Shown here: piece after piece, positions 17,631 through 26,169 of the stretch | Layout: each line of letters opens with the position of its first letter | Numbering within the stretch: the first letter of the stretch is position 1 | Origin: Actinomycetota bacterium | GTDB lineage: Bacteria > Actinomycetota > Thermoleophilia > Solirubrobacterales > 70-9 | Direction of reading: 5' to 3' | Length of the DNA stretch: 64,000 nt | NCBI GenBank assembly: GCA_018268655.1 | Contig: JAFDWC010000002.1 | Coordinates: forward strand, 2,022-66,021 | Made by a program: the position numbers and the translations under genes | The notes under the pieces: model-generated | Told to the model about the DNA's origin: nothing | The model's database searches: none | Seen by the model: only the letters and a program-made list of their open reading frames with translations

Positions 17631-18794
17631 ATGATTCGTAGGCGAGTCCAAGGCACCCTGGAATCTCTCGTTGCCGAGAGTCCCGCGGTGGCCCTGCTCG
17701 GACCCAGGCAGGTAGGCAAGACGACGCTCGCCCTGACGGTCGGGGAGAGGACGCCGTCGATCTACCTCGACCTGGAGTCGCCCTCTGATCGCGCCCGGAT
17801 CGCGGAGCCAGAGCTCTACTTCGCAGACCATGGCGACGAGCTCGTGATCCTCGACGAGATCCATCGGGCACCGGGAATCTTCGAAGCCCTGCGGGGGACG
17901 ATCGACCGCGGTCGTCATCAGGGCCGCGGCGCTGGACGCTTCCTGCTTCTCGGATCGGCGGCGATGGAGCTGCTTGCCCAGAGCGGCGAGACGCTTGCGG
18001 GTCGAATCGCCTACGCCGAGCTCGATCCTTTCGACATATCAGAGCTCGGCGGCGAGGCGGTCGACCAGCTCTGGCTGCGCGGCGGCTTTCCCGAGAGCTA
18101 TCTCGCCGCCTCCGACGCGGCGAGCCTGCGCTGGCGCGAAGACTTCATTCGGACCTACCTCGAGCGCGAGATCCCCCAACTCGGCCCACGAATCCCGGCC
18201 GAGACGCTGCGGCGACTCTGGACGATGCTGGCCCATAACCAGGGCCAGCTCCTGAACGCTGCAGCGATCGCCCGAGGGCTTGGCGTTAGCGCTCCGACCG
18301 TCAACACCTACCTCGACCTGCTAGTCGACCTGCTTCTGATCCGTCGCCTTCAACCCCGCCTCGCCAACGTCGCCAAGCGTCAGGTGCGCTCGCCCAAGAC
18401 CTACGTTCGCGACTCGGGGCTCCTGCACGCGCTGCTCGGTCTCGGCGACAAGGAGGCGCTGGTCGGGCACCCGGTCCTCGGAGCAAGCTGGGAGGGCTAC
18501 GTGACCGAGAACCTCATCTCCGTAGCACCGGAGCGGGTGGACCCCAGCTTCTACCGGACTTCCGGTGGCGCTGAGATCGACCTCGTCCTTCGTTGGCCCG
18601 ATGGGCGCGAGTGGGCGATCGAGGTCAAGCGCTCCCTCTCGCCTCGCCCCAGTCGCGGCATGCGCTCCGCAATCGATGACCTCGAGCCAGAGCGAAGCTT
18701 CATCGTCTATCCGGGAGGCGACCGCTACCGCGTCGCCGAGCAGATCGAGGTCATAAGCCTCCCCGATCTCGCCGGCGATCTCACCACCCTCTAG
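17631..18794 (+). CDS. AAA+ ATPase with C-terminal DUF4143-type domain
   Basis: Walker A LLGPRQVGKTTL, Walker B ELVILDEIH, then the conserved YLERE / DUF4143-like region. Confidence 0.8.
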   Translation: MIRRRVQGTLESLVAESPAVALLGPRQVGKTTLALTVGERTPSIYLDLESPSDRARIAEPELYFADHGDELVILDEIHRAPGIFEALRGTIDRGRHQGRGAGRFLLLGSAAMELLAQSGETLAGRIAYAELDPFDISELGGEAVDQLWLRGGFPESYLAASDAASLRWREDFIRTYLEREIPQLGPRIPAETLRRLWTMLAHNQGQLLNAAAIARGLGVSAPTVNTYLDLLVDLLLIRRLQPRLANVAKRQVRSPKTYVRDSGLLHALLGLGDKEALVGHPVLGASWEGYVTENLISVAPERVDPSFYRTSGGAEIDLVLRWPDGREWAIEVKRSLSPRPSRGMRSAIDDLEPERSFIVYPGGDRYRVAEQIEVISLPDLAGDLTTL

Positions 18795-18959
18795 ACCAAC
18801 CGCGCGTTCACCCGGTCAGCCGAGGAAGGGGAGGTGAACCCCAGGTCCCCGGCCGAGCTGAGCGGCGTCGGGCCGGTGCCCTCGGCGACGATCACCGGCT
18901 TGGCGCCGCCCGCCACGACCGGCAATTCCGATCGGGGTGAGTCCGATCGGGAGTTGCGA

Positions 18960-19919
18960 TCACCCCGCGCCGACGGTGACCGGCCGCGACGCACCCAGAA
19001 GCCGGGCCCGGTAGCGGGCGCAGGCTCGGGCCATCGCGTCCTGGAAGGGGCCCAGATCGTCGGTGGCACGCTCGGTCGACCAGAAGCAGACGAGGGTTCG
19101 CGCCGGCAGCGAGTCACCGAGGTCGATCACGGCGGTGCCTGGATCGTCGAGGTCGACCTCGAGCCGGGGAGCGATCGCCACCCCGGCGCCGGCGGCGACC
19201 AGGGCCTGGGCGACGGCGCTCCGGGTGGTCCGGAAGCAGGCTTCGATCTCCAATCCGGCGACCGCCAGCTCGGCTTCGACCAGGCCGAACATGCGCCAGG
19301 TCGAGTCGACGACGAACGGCCACCCGGCGAGCTCGGCAAGGCTCGGCGTCAGCGGGGAGCGGGCCAACGACGAGTCGCTCGGCACCAGCGCGACGAGCGG
19401 GTCGCGGAGGATCGCCCGCGCCTCGTAGGGGCCCCCTTCGAGCGGCAGTTCGGCGAGGCCGACGTCGAGCTCGCCGGTCCCGACCGCGGCGAACAGGTCG
19501 CGGTCGGAGCTCGACTCGCGCAGCTCGATCCGGGCTCGCGGCTGGCCCTGGGCGAGCTCGCGCAGAGCCGCCGGCAGGAGTCGCGCCGCGGTGCCGCCGG
19601 CGGCGCCGATCCGCAGCTGGGCCGGGCGCCGCTCGCCGGCGAGCTCGTCGAGCTCGAGCCGGGCGGCGCCCAGCTGGGCCTCGATCCGCTCGGCGTGGCG
19701 GAGCAGCGACCTGCCGGCTTCGGTCAGCCCGACGTCCCGATGACCGCGAGCCCGATCGACCAGCCGGACGCCGACCGCTCCCTCGAGCTGTGCGATGCGC
19801 TGGCTGACCGCCGACTGGACGTAGCCGAGACGGTCGGCGGCGCCGCGGAACGACCGCTCCTCGGCGACCGCCCCCAGCGCCGCCAGGTGGCGCAGCTCGA
19901 CCCCGACCCAGCTGCTCAT
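18960..19919 (-). CDS. LysR family transcriptional regulator
   Basis: From the ATG at 19919: MSSWVGVELRHLAALGAVAEERSFRGAADRLGYVQSAVSQRIAQLE is a LysR HTH. The ATG overlaps the upstream gene's stop (ATGA). Confidence 0.85.
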   Translation of the reverse strand: MSSWVGVELRHLAALGAVAEERSFRGAADRLGYVQSAVSQRIAQLEGAVGVRLVDRARGHRDVGLTEAGRSLLRHAERIEAQLGAARLELDELAGERRPAQLRIGAAGGTAARLLPAALRELAQGQPRARIELRESSSDRDLFAAVGTGELDVGLAELPLEGGPYEARAILRDPLVALVPSDSSLARSPLTPSLAELAGWPFVVDSTWRMFGLVEAELAVAGLEIEACFRTTRSAVAQALVAAGAGVAIAPRLEVDLDDPGTAVIDLGDSLPARTLVCFWSTERATDDLGPFQDAMARACARYRARLLGASRPVTVGAG

Positions 19920-20377
19920 CGGCGGCCTCCCGCCAGGGCGGGCGCGCGGCGCTCGCCGGCGCCGCGGCGGCCGTACTCGCGCGGGCGGGCGGCCATCGCG
20001 AAGAACATCGCCGCGAACATCACGACGTGCTCGATCGCCATCAGGACGGCCATGTCCTCGACCAGGGTCGTCTCGACCAGCGCGATCACGCCGGCCGCCG
20101 GCACCAGCATCGCCGCCGCCATCTCCAGGCATGGCGCCCAGGCGTGGCCTCGCCACCGCATCCAGAGCACCATCGGCACGGTCATGATCACCGCCATCCG
20201 GGCCAGCATCAGGCTCGGATCGTCGGGGTCGAGCGAGGGGAACAGGGCGGCGCTCGCCAGGCGGGCGGGTAACGCCAGCACCGCCATCCCGACCAGCATC
20301 GCGATCGCCATCTCCGCGTAGTGGCGGGCGAAATCGCGCGTCAGCGTGCCCTTGAAGACCTCGAATCGTTGGCTCAT
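19916..20377 (-). CDS. hypothetical Met-rich integral membrane protein
   Basis: MSQRFEVFKGTLTRDFARHYAEMAIAMLVGMAVLAL... has 4 predicted TM segments. GAGGAG SD precedes the ATG at 20377. Translationally coupled to the LysR gene. Confidence 0.55.
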   Translation of the reverse strand: MSQRFEVFKGTLTRDFARHYAEMAIAMLVGMAVLALPARLASAALFPSLDPDDPSLMLARMAVIMTVPMVLWMRWRGHAWAPCLEMAAAMLVPAAGVIALVETTLVEDMAVLMAIEHVVMFAAMFFAMAARPREYGRRGAGERRAPALAGGRR

Positions 20378-20477
20378 CGGTGCTCCTCTCACTTCTAACG
20401 CGACTTTCTTCGCTTTTGGATCAAGCTACCGGATCCTCCACAAAAGCGCAACTCCTCGCGTTTAGAATGCGCCGACG

Positions 20478-21050
20478 ATGGATCGCGGAGCGGCGAAGAA
20501 GAAGCGGCCGGGCGGACGATCGGCGCAGGTCCGTGCCCGCGTGCAGGCGGCGGTGATCGAGCTGCTGTCCGACCGGCAGCTCGAGGAGGTGACGATCCCG
20601 CGGGTCGCCGAGCGGGCGGGCGTCCACCAGGCGACGATCTACCGGCGCTGGGGAAGCGTCGCCGGCCTGGTCGACGACGTCGTCGCCGAGCGCGTCGGCG
20701 AGCTGGCGCCGATCCCCGACACGGGGACGCTGCGCGGCGACCTCGAGCTGGCGGCGATCCGCTTCGCCGAGGTGATCGCCCCGCTCGGCGGAATCATGAT
20801 CCGCGCCGCCGCGCTGTCGACCCCGCACGCCGACACCTCGGTCTCGTTCCAGAAACGAGCCGGCCAGCTGCAGGCGATGCTCGACCGCGCCACCGCCCGC
20901 GGCGAGAAGACGCCGACCCTGACCGAGCTGCTCGAGGGCATCACCGCGCCGCTCTACTTCCACCAGCTCTTCTTCGGCCGCCCGGCTGACTCCGACCACG
21001 CCAAAGCGCTCGTCGACCGCCTCCTGATCTACGTCGAGGCCGCGAGGTGA
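20478..21050 (+). CDS. TetR/AcrR family transcriptional regulator
   Basis: N-terminal TetR HTH (VTIPRVAERAGVHQATIYRRWGS). Confidence 0.85.
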   Translation: MDRGAAKKKRPGGRSAQVRARVQAAVIELLSDRQLEEVTIPRVAERAGVHQATIYRRWGSVAGLVDDVVAERVGELAPIPDTGTLRGDLELAAIRFAEVIAPLGGIMIRAAALSTPHADTSVSFQKRAGQLQAMLDRATARGEKTPTLTELLEGITAPLYFHQLFFGRPADSDHAKALVDRLLIYVEAAR

Positions 21051-21146
21051 TCGCCGCGGACGAGGCGTAGTTCTTCGATTCGCATTGGTCCGCAGCAGCG
21101 GCGCGTCGAGGATCGGCCGGGTAATCCCCGACGAAAGGACAGGCAA

Positions 21147-21695
21147 GTGCGACAGATCGTGAACTCCACCTACATCTCCCTCGACGGCGTGATCGAGAAC
21201 CCGCAGGACTGGCCCTCCGGGCGCCACGAGGACGACGGCCAGGGCCAGGAGATCCAGGCAGGGTTGGTCGAGCGCTCCGAGGTGCTGCTGATGGGGCGCC
21301 GCACCTACGAGGTCTTCGCGCCGGTCTGGTCGGCCAAATCGGGTGACCCGGTCAGCGACAAGTTCAACTCGATGGAGAAGTGGGTGGCGTCGAGGACCCT
21401 GACCGCGGCGGACTGGCAGAACACGACCGTGCTCGACGGCGACGCGGTCGCCGAGATCCGGAGGCGCAGGGAAGGGCCGGGCGGCGACATCGTCCAGTTC
21501 GGATTCGGCGAGCTCTCCCACGCGCTGATGGAGCAGGGCCTGATCGACGAGCTGCGGCTCTGGGTCCACCCCTTCTTCGTCGGTGAGGCAGCCGCCACGG
21601 ACCTGATCTTCCGCCCGGCACGGCAGACCTTCTTCGACCTGGTCGAGACGACGCCGCTCGCCTCCGGCATCGTCGTCCTCACCTACCGCAAATAG
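21147..21695 (+). CDS. dihydrofolate reductase family protein (RibD C-terminal domain-like)
   Basis: MRQIVNSTYISLDGVIENPQDW ... LLMGRRTYEVFAPVW ... LIDELRLWVHPFFVG. GTG start with a GAAAGGA SD. Confidence 0.8.
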   Translation: MRQIVNSTYISLDGVIENPQDWPSGRHEDDGQGQEIQAGLVERSEVLLMGRRTYEVFAPVWSAKSGDPVSDKFNSMEKWVASRTLTAADWQNTTVLDGDAVAEIRRRREGPGGDIVQFGFGELSHALMEQGLIDELRLWVHPFFVGEAAATDLIFRPARQTFFDLVETTPLASGIVVLTYRK

Positions 21696-21727
21696 GCCGG
21701 TCCGCTCGCCGGACGCCGGGGCGGCCC

Positions 21728-23173
21728 TCATCGGGCCGCTCCGACCGCCGAACGGGACGGCGGGGTCGGGCGCTCGGCGCCCGGCCCACCGCCGGCGCCC
21801 TGCCGCTGCGGCGCCTCCTGCCCCAGCTTCGCTTCCTCCAGCCGCCAGACCAGGGCCAGCGCCAACAACGCCAGCGGCGCGGCGATCGCGAAGACCAGCC
21901 GCACCCCCGGCACCACCCCGCCCTGAGAGGCGAAGACGGCGCCGAGGACGGCGGCCCCAACCGCGCCGCCGAGGGCGCGGAAGAAGTTGGTGGTCGCCAT
22001 CGCCGTCCCCAGCCGGCGCCGCTCGACCCCGTTCTGGACGATCACCGTCAGCACCTGACCGACCATCCCGAAGCCGAGCCCGAAGACGCCCAGGCAGAGG
22101 ACGGTCGCAAGCTGCGAGCGGGCGCCGGCCAGCGCCGCGATCCCGGCCAGGCCGACCGCCATCAGCGCCAGCCCGGCCAGCGGGTAGCGCTTGTAGCGGC
22201 CGCCGGCGGCGATCCGGCGGCCGGCGAAGTTGGTCGAGGCCGTGACCCCGACCATCATCGCCACCAGCATCAGGCCGGCGGCGGTCGGACTCGCCCCGGT
22301 CTCCGCCTGCAGGTAGAGCGGGGCGAAGACGGTCACCGCGAACAGGCTGGCGGTGCTGAGGAAGAAGGCGGCGCTCGAGAGCGCCACCGTCGGCAGCCGC
22401 AGCAGGTCGAGCGGCACCGCCGGTTCGGCCGCCCGCCGCTCGCGCCAGACGAGCGCCGCGGCGGTGCCGGCGAGAACCGCGACGAGGCCGACGACCTGCG
22501 CCGAGGCCCAGGCGAACCTGGTGCCGCCCCAGACACAGACCAGCATCAGCGCGCAGGTCGCCGCCGTCAGCAGCAGCGCGCCGGCGTAGTCGAAGCGGGC
22601 CGCCGGCCGCGTCCCGGCCGTCGCCGGCAAGCGCAGTCGCAGCCCGGCCAGCGCCACCAGCCCGAGCGGCAGGTTGACGTAGAAGACCCAGCGCCAACTG
22701 ACCTGTTCGGTCAAGAGGCCGCCGGCGAGCGGGCCGGCGACGGTGGCGAGAGCGAAGACGGCGGCGATGTAGCCCTGATAGCGGGCACGCTCCCGGGGCG
22801 AGACGAGGTCGCCGACGGCGGCCATCGCCAGCGTCATCAGGCCACCGGCGGCGGCGCCCTGGACCGCCCGGGCCGCGACCAGCGCCGTCAGCCCGTCGGC
22901 CAGGCCGCAGACCGCCGAGGCGGCGAGGAAGAGGGCGAGCGAGAGCTCGAGCACCGGCTTGCGCCCGAGCCGGTCGCCGAGCCTGCCCCAGACCGGGATC
23001 GTCGCCGCCGAGGCGATCACGTAGGCGCTGACCACCCAGGAGACGTCGGCGACGGTGCCGAGGTCACCGGCGATCGTCGGCAGCGCGGTGGCGAGGATCG
23101 TCTGGTCGAGGACCGCCGGCAGCATCGCCAGGACGATCGCGACGAAGGGAAGGGATAGTTTGGGAAAGCGCAT
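21728..23173 (-). CDS. MFS transporter, DHA2 family
   Basis: MRFPKLSLPFVAIVLAMLPAVLDQTILATALPTIAGDLG, GRLGDRLGRKPVLELSL. Divergent from a TetR gene. Confidence 0.85.
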   Translation of the reverse strand: MRFPKLSLPFVAIVLAMLPAVLDQTILATALPTIAGDLGTVADVSWVVSAYVIASAATIPVWGRLGDRLGRKPVLELSLALFLAASAVCGLADGLTALVAARAVQGAAAGGLMTLAMAAVGDLVSPRERARYQGYIAAVFALATVAGPLAGGLLTEQVSWRWVFYVNLPLGLVALAGLRLRLPATAGTRPAARFDYAGALLLTAATCALMLVCVWGGTRFAWASAQVVGLVAVLAGTAAALVWRERRAAEPAVPLDLLRLPTVALSSAAFFLSTASLFAVTVFAPLYLQAETGASPTAAGLMLVAMMVGVTASTNFAGRRIAAGGRYKRYPLAGLALMAVGLAGIAALAGARSQLATVLCLGVFGLGFGMVGQVLTVIVQNGVERRRLGTAMATTNFFRALGGAVGAAVLGAVFASQGGVVPGVRLVFAIAAPLALLALALVWRLEEAKLGQEAPQRQGAGGGPGAERPTPPSRSAVGAAR

Positions 23174-23217
23174 CCGCGACCTCCATCTGGTCGTAGAATC
23201 ATAGAGTCACCAAAAAC

Positions 23218-23232
23218 TTAGAGTCACTCTAA
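23218..23232. promoter_or_regulatory. 15-bp perfect palindrome (candidate TetR operator) in the MFS/TetR divergent promoter
   Basis: TTAGAGT-C-ACTCTAA, with an extra half-site copy TAGAGTCAC at 23202-23210. Located in an AT-rich 72-bp intergenic region. Confidence 0.5.
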
Positions 23233-23245
23233 CATTAGTCAGAAG

Positions 23246-23926
23246 ATGGCGCAAACCCCGATTGCCGACCCGAACCAGCAGGCGAGCTCCAGCGCGCCCG
23301 GCCTGCGCGAGCGCAAGAAGGCGGAAACCAGGCGGCTGATCGCCGAGACGGCGCGGCGGCTGTTCGGCGAGCGGGGCTTCGAGGACGTCCGGGTCGCCGA
23401 GGTCGCCGCCGCGGCCAGCGTCTCCGAGGCGACCGTCTTCAACTACTTCCCCAGCAAGGAGGACCTCTTCTACAGCGGCTTCGAGGCCTTCGAGGCGATG
23501 CTGCTGGCGGCGATCCGCGAGCGCGCGGCGGGGGAGTCGGCCCTGAGCGCCTTCGGCCGCTTCGTCACCGAGCCGCGCGGCGTTCTCGCAGCCAAGGATC
23601 CGGAGGCGATCGAGCGCCATGCGGCGACCACCCGGGTGATCGAGCAGAGCCCGGCGCTGCTCGCCCGCGAGCAGAGGATCCTCGCCGGCTTCACCGACTC
23701 GCTCGCCGAGCTCCTCCGCGAGGAGACCGGCGCCGGGCCGGCGGAGATCGAGCCCTGGGTCGCGGCCAACGCGATGGTCGGCATCCACCGCGCCCTGCTC
23801 AGGTTCACCCGCGCCGAGATCCTCGCCGGCGCCCGCAATCCGCTGCTGGCGCGCCGGGTGCGGGCCGAGGGGAAGCGGGCGCTGGCAGCGCTCGAGGCGG
23901 GACTCGGGGCCTACGCGGTGAAGTAG
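23246..23926 (+). CDS. TetR/AcrR family transcriptional regulator
   Basis: RERKKAETRRLIAETARRLFGERGFEDVRVAEVAAAASVSEATVFNYFPSKEDL is a TetR HTH. Confidence 0.85.
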   Translation: MAQTPIADPNQQASSSAPGLRERKKAETRRLIAETARRLFGERGFEDVRVAEVAAAASVSEATVFNYFPSKEDLFYSGFEAFEAMLLAAIRERAAGESALSAFGRFVTEPRGVLAAKDPEAIERHAATTRVIEQSPALLAREQRILAGFTDSLAELLREETGAGPAEIEPWVAANAMVGIHRALLRFTRAEILAGARNPLLARRVRAEGKRALAALEAGLGAYAVK

Positions 23927-24077
23927 AGCGCGGTGCGCGCTGGGAGGTCGCCGTCGCGGCACTGATCGCGGCTGCTGATTGGAGCGGCCCAGATTGGCAT
24001 TGCGATGCGCCGATCGCCGCGGCAGTCTGCGCGACGATGCCCAGCACCGCTCTCACACAGCCGATTGGAGCGACCCG

Positions 24078-24488
24078 ATGAGCGCAGCTCCGGAGTTCAG
24101 CACCCGGTTCCTGCTCGGCTCGCACCAGAGCGACGGCGAGGTCGCGGTGATGGAGAACTCGGCGCCCCCTCGCTGGGAGGGGCCGCCGCTGCACCGCCAC
24201 GACTTCGACGAGGGCTTCTACGTGCTCACCGGCGAGCTCACCTTCCAGCTCGGCGGGGAGCTCTCGACGGCGGAGCCCGGGGACTTCGTCTTCGCCCCCC
24301 GCGGCGCCATCCACACGCTCGCCAACCGCGGCGAGGATCCGGCCCGTTACCTGCTGGTCTGCACGCCGGGCGGCTTCGAGCGCTCGCTCGCCCGGCGCTG
24401 GTCGGAGCGCGACGGCACCGAGCCGCCGGACTGGGCCGGCGGCGAGCTGCCACCGGTCGAGGTGGTCGGGCCGCCGATCGGCTTGTGA
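24078..24488 (+). CDS. cupin domain protein
   Basis: PPLHRHDFDEGFYVLTGELTFQLGG ... GDFVFAPRGAIHTLAN are cupin motifs 1 and 2. The ATG at 24078 is preceded by GGAG. Confidence 0.7.
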   Translation: MSAAPEFSTRFLLGSHQSDGEVAVMENSAPPRWEGPPLHRHDFDEGFYVLTGELTFQLGGELSTAEPGDFVFAPRGAIHTLANRGEDPARYLLVCTPGGFERSLARRWSERDGTEPPDWAGGELPPVEVVGPPIGL

Positions 24489-24496
24489 GCACTTGG

Positions 24497-24925
24497 ATGG
24501 ACCGGCCCGAGCCGTATCTGCCGCCGAACTGGATGCAGGCTCACGTCGGCAACCGGATGGCGCTCCTCTTCGGGCGCCGGTTCGTGAGTCTCCTGACCGT
24601 CCGCGGTCGCCGGACGGGCAAGCCGCACCAAGTGCCGGTCGCGGTGCTCGATCTCGACGGCGACCGGTACCTCCTCGCCCCGCGCGGCAGCACCCACTGG
24701 GTCCGCAACCTGCGGGCCGCCGGCGCCGGCGAGCTGCGCCGAGGTGGGAGCGCCCACTCCTTTCGCGCCGTCGAAGTCCCCGTTGAGGAGCGCGCCCCGC
24801 TGATCGCCGCCTACAGGCGCCGGTTCGATCGCTTCCCGAGCGTCGCCGCCACCTTCGAGCAACTCCCCGATCCCGCCGACCATCCGACGTTTCGGCTGCA
24901 GGAGAGCGAGCCGGCGGAGACGTAG
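24497..24925 (+). CDS. nitroreductase-family deazaflavin (F420)-dependent oxidoreductase (DUF385-like)
   Basis: LTVRGRRTGKPHQVPVAVLDLDGDRYLLAPRGSTHWVRNLRAAGAGEL is the typical F420H2-dependent reductase core. Confidence 0.7.
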   Translation: MDRPEPYLPPNWMQAHVGNRMALLFGRRFVSLLTVRGRRTGKPHQVPVAVLDLDGDRYLLAPRGSTHWVRNLRAAGAGELRRGGSAHSFRAVEVPVEERAPLIAAYRRRFDRFPSVAATFEQLPDPADHPTFRLQESEPAET

Positions 24926-24951
24926 GCCCGGGCGTCGAGGGCCCGCGAGCC

Positions 24952-25119
24952 CTAGTGTCCTGACGCATAAGTTGGGTGCCAGATCCGGCGAGTGGATCGC
25001 CGTTCGTGGCAAGGACGCAGGATGCGGCCTTTGCCGGTGGCAAAGGCAAATCCGAGGACGCCGCCACGGGCGGCGAGACGCCGCCGGGCTGGTGCTGAAC
25101 TTATGCGTCAGGACACTAG
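24952..25119. mobile_element. 168-bp MITE-like / structured non-coding element with perfect 22-bp terminal inverted repeats
   Basis: CTAGTGTCCTGACGCATAAGTT (24952-24973) is the exact reverse complement of 25098-25119. The interior holds three hairpins (24986-25002, 25027-25047, 25059-25075). No credible ORF. Confidence 0.45.
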
Positions 25120-25124
25120 ATGGG

Positions 25125-25288
25125 TTGATTCCACGGCGAGTTGTGACTGGGGACGCGCCCGCCCGAGCAGATCAAGGACGAAGAGATGCGAAGTGCGTAT
25201 GGGGCGCCTTTCTCTCGGATACGGAGAGAAAGGCGCCCCAAACGCTTGCCGGGTGCGTCACCCAGGTGGGCCTGGGTCGTGGAATCAA
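25125..25288. repeat. nested inverted-repeat element (possible structured RNA)
   Basis: Outer 11-bp IR TTGATTCCACG / CGTGGAATCAA (25125-25135 / 25278-25288) encloses a perfect 16-bp stem GGGGCGCCTTTCTCTC / GAGAGAAAGGCGCCCC (25201-25239, 7-nt loop). Confidence 0.35.
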
Positions 25289-25426
25289 GCGTCTAGCCGC
25301 CTCGCCGCGAAGCGTCAGTCACCAGGCCCGCACCCGGCCTCATTGCCCAGGTGCATCGCCGCGGTGAAGGCGCCGAAGGTCCCGCCGCTCCCGGTACGTG
25401 CACATCCTCGCCCGCCGGCTTGTCCC

Positions 25427-25445
25427 GCCGCCGAGGCGCGGCGGC
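25427..25445 (-). terminator. GC hairpin immediately after the stop of the 25446..25964 gene
   Basis: GCCGCCG-AGGCG-CGGCGGC abuts the stop codon at 25446-25448. No U-tract. Confidence 0.3.
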
Positions 25446-25964
25446 TCAGCCGCCCGCCGGCAGCCAGATCGGCGGGTGGGGAACCCTGTGGCCGTCTTCT
25501 TCGACCAGCCAGGCGACGAAGTGCTGGTAGCGACCGCGCGGCCTGGTGTTGCCGCAGGTGGGCGGTACGCCTTCATAGCCGCCGCCGACTTCAAGGCGGC
25601 TTTCGTAGAAGACGCCCACCACCTTGTCGCCCGCAAAGCGTCCGCGGAAGACGGTGTGGATTCCGCTCCTGCGGTCGAAGTGCCCGGCGGCGTCGATCGG
25701 CCATCCCGGGCCGCCGACCAAGCCGAAACCCATCGGCGTCCTTTCGCCGTTGCTGCACACGCCCGGAGCCGAGACACCGGCGCGGAAAAGGCGCTGTCCA
25801 CGCCGCGTTATCGATACGTCGAGGCCAGGGCGGTGAATCTTGTAGACGAGAAGCGTCGGAGCCTGGACCGGGGCGGCGCGGCTCGTCCCGGGGTCAGCGA
25901 GCACGAGGATCGCCGAGGCCGCCAACAGGGCCATCGCTGTCGGGATTGTGAATCGCTCGAGCAA
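25446..25964 (-). CDS. secreted hypothetical protein
   Basis: TTG start. Signal-like IPTAMALLAASAILVLADPGTSRA. No family recognised. Confidence 0.45.
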   Translation of the reverse strand: MLERFTIPTAMALLAASAILVLADPGTSRAAPVQAPTLLVYKIHRPGLDVSITRRGQRLFRAGVSAPGVCSNGERTPMGFGLVGGPGWPIDAAGHFDRRSGIHTVFRGRFAGDKVVGVFYESRLEVGGGYEGVPPTCGNTRPRGRYQHFVAWLVEEDGHRVPHPPIWLPAGG

Positions 25965-26097
25965 GACGATGCTCCCCGAGATCGAAAACAGCCCCGATCC
26001 CCGATCGATGCGCCACCCCGGGTCCGGGAGCCACGCCTCGGGCCTTCAACCCATGGGATCCCGCTTGGAAGAGCCCGTCCCAAGCGGAAACAACGAA

Positions 26098-26131
26098 CGC
26101 GCCAGACAGGATTCGAACCTGTGACCTTCGG
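26098..26131 (-). repeat. copy A of the tRNA-Arg 3' end (34/34 identical); candidate distal att site
   Basis: CGCGCCAGACAGGATTCGAACCTGTGACCTTCGG is identical to 58562-58595, in the same orientation. Preceded by a CCGCTTGG/CCAAGCGG hairpin like the one downstream of the real tRNA. Confidence 0.7.
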
Positions 26132-26169
26132 CCCCTGGACCGGGTGAATCTCGAGCGCAGTGATGATCG

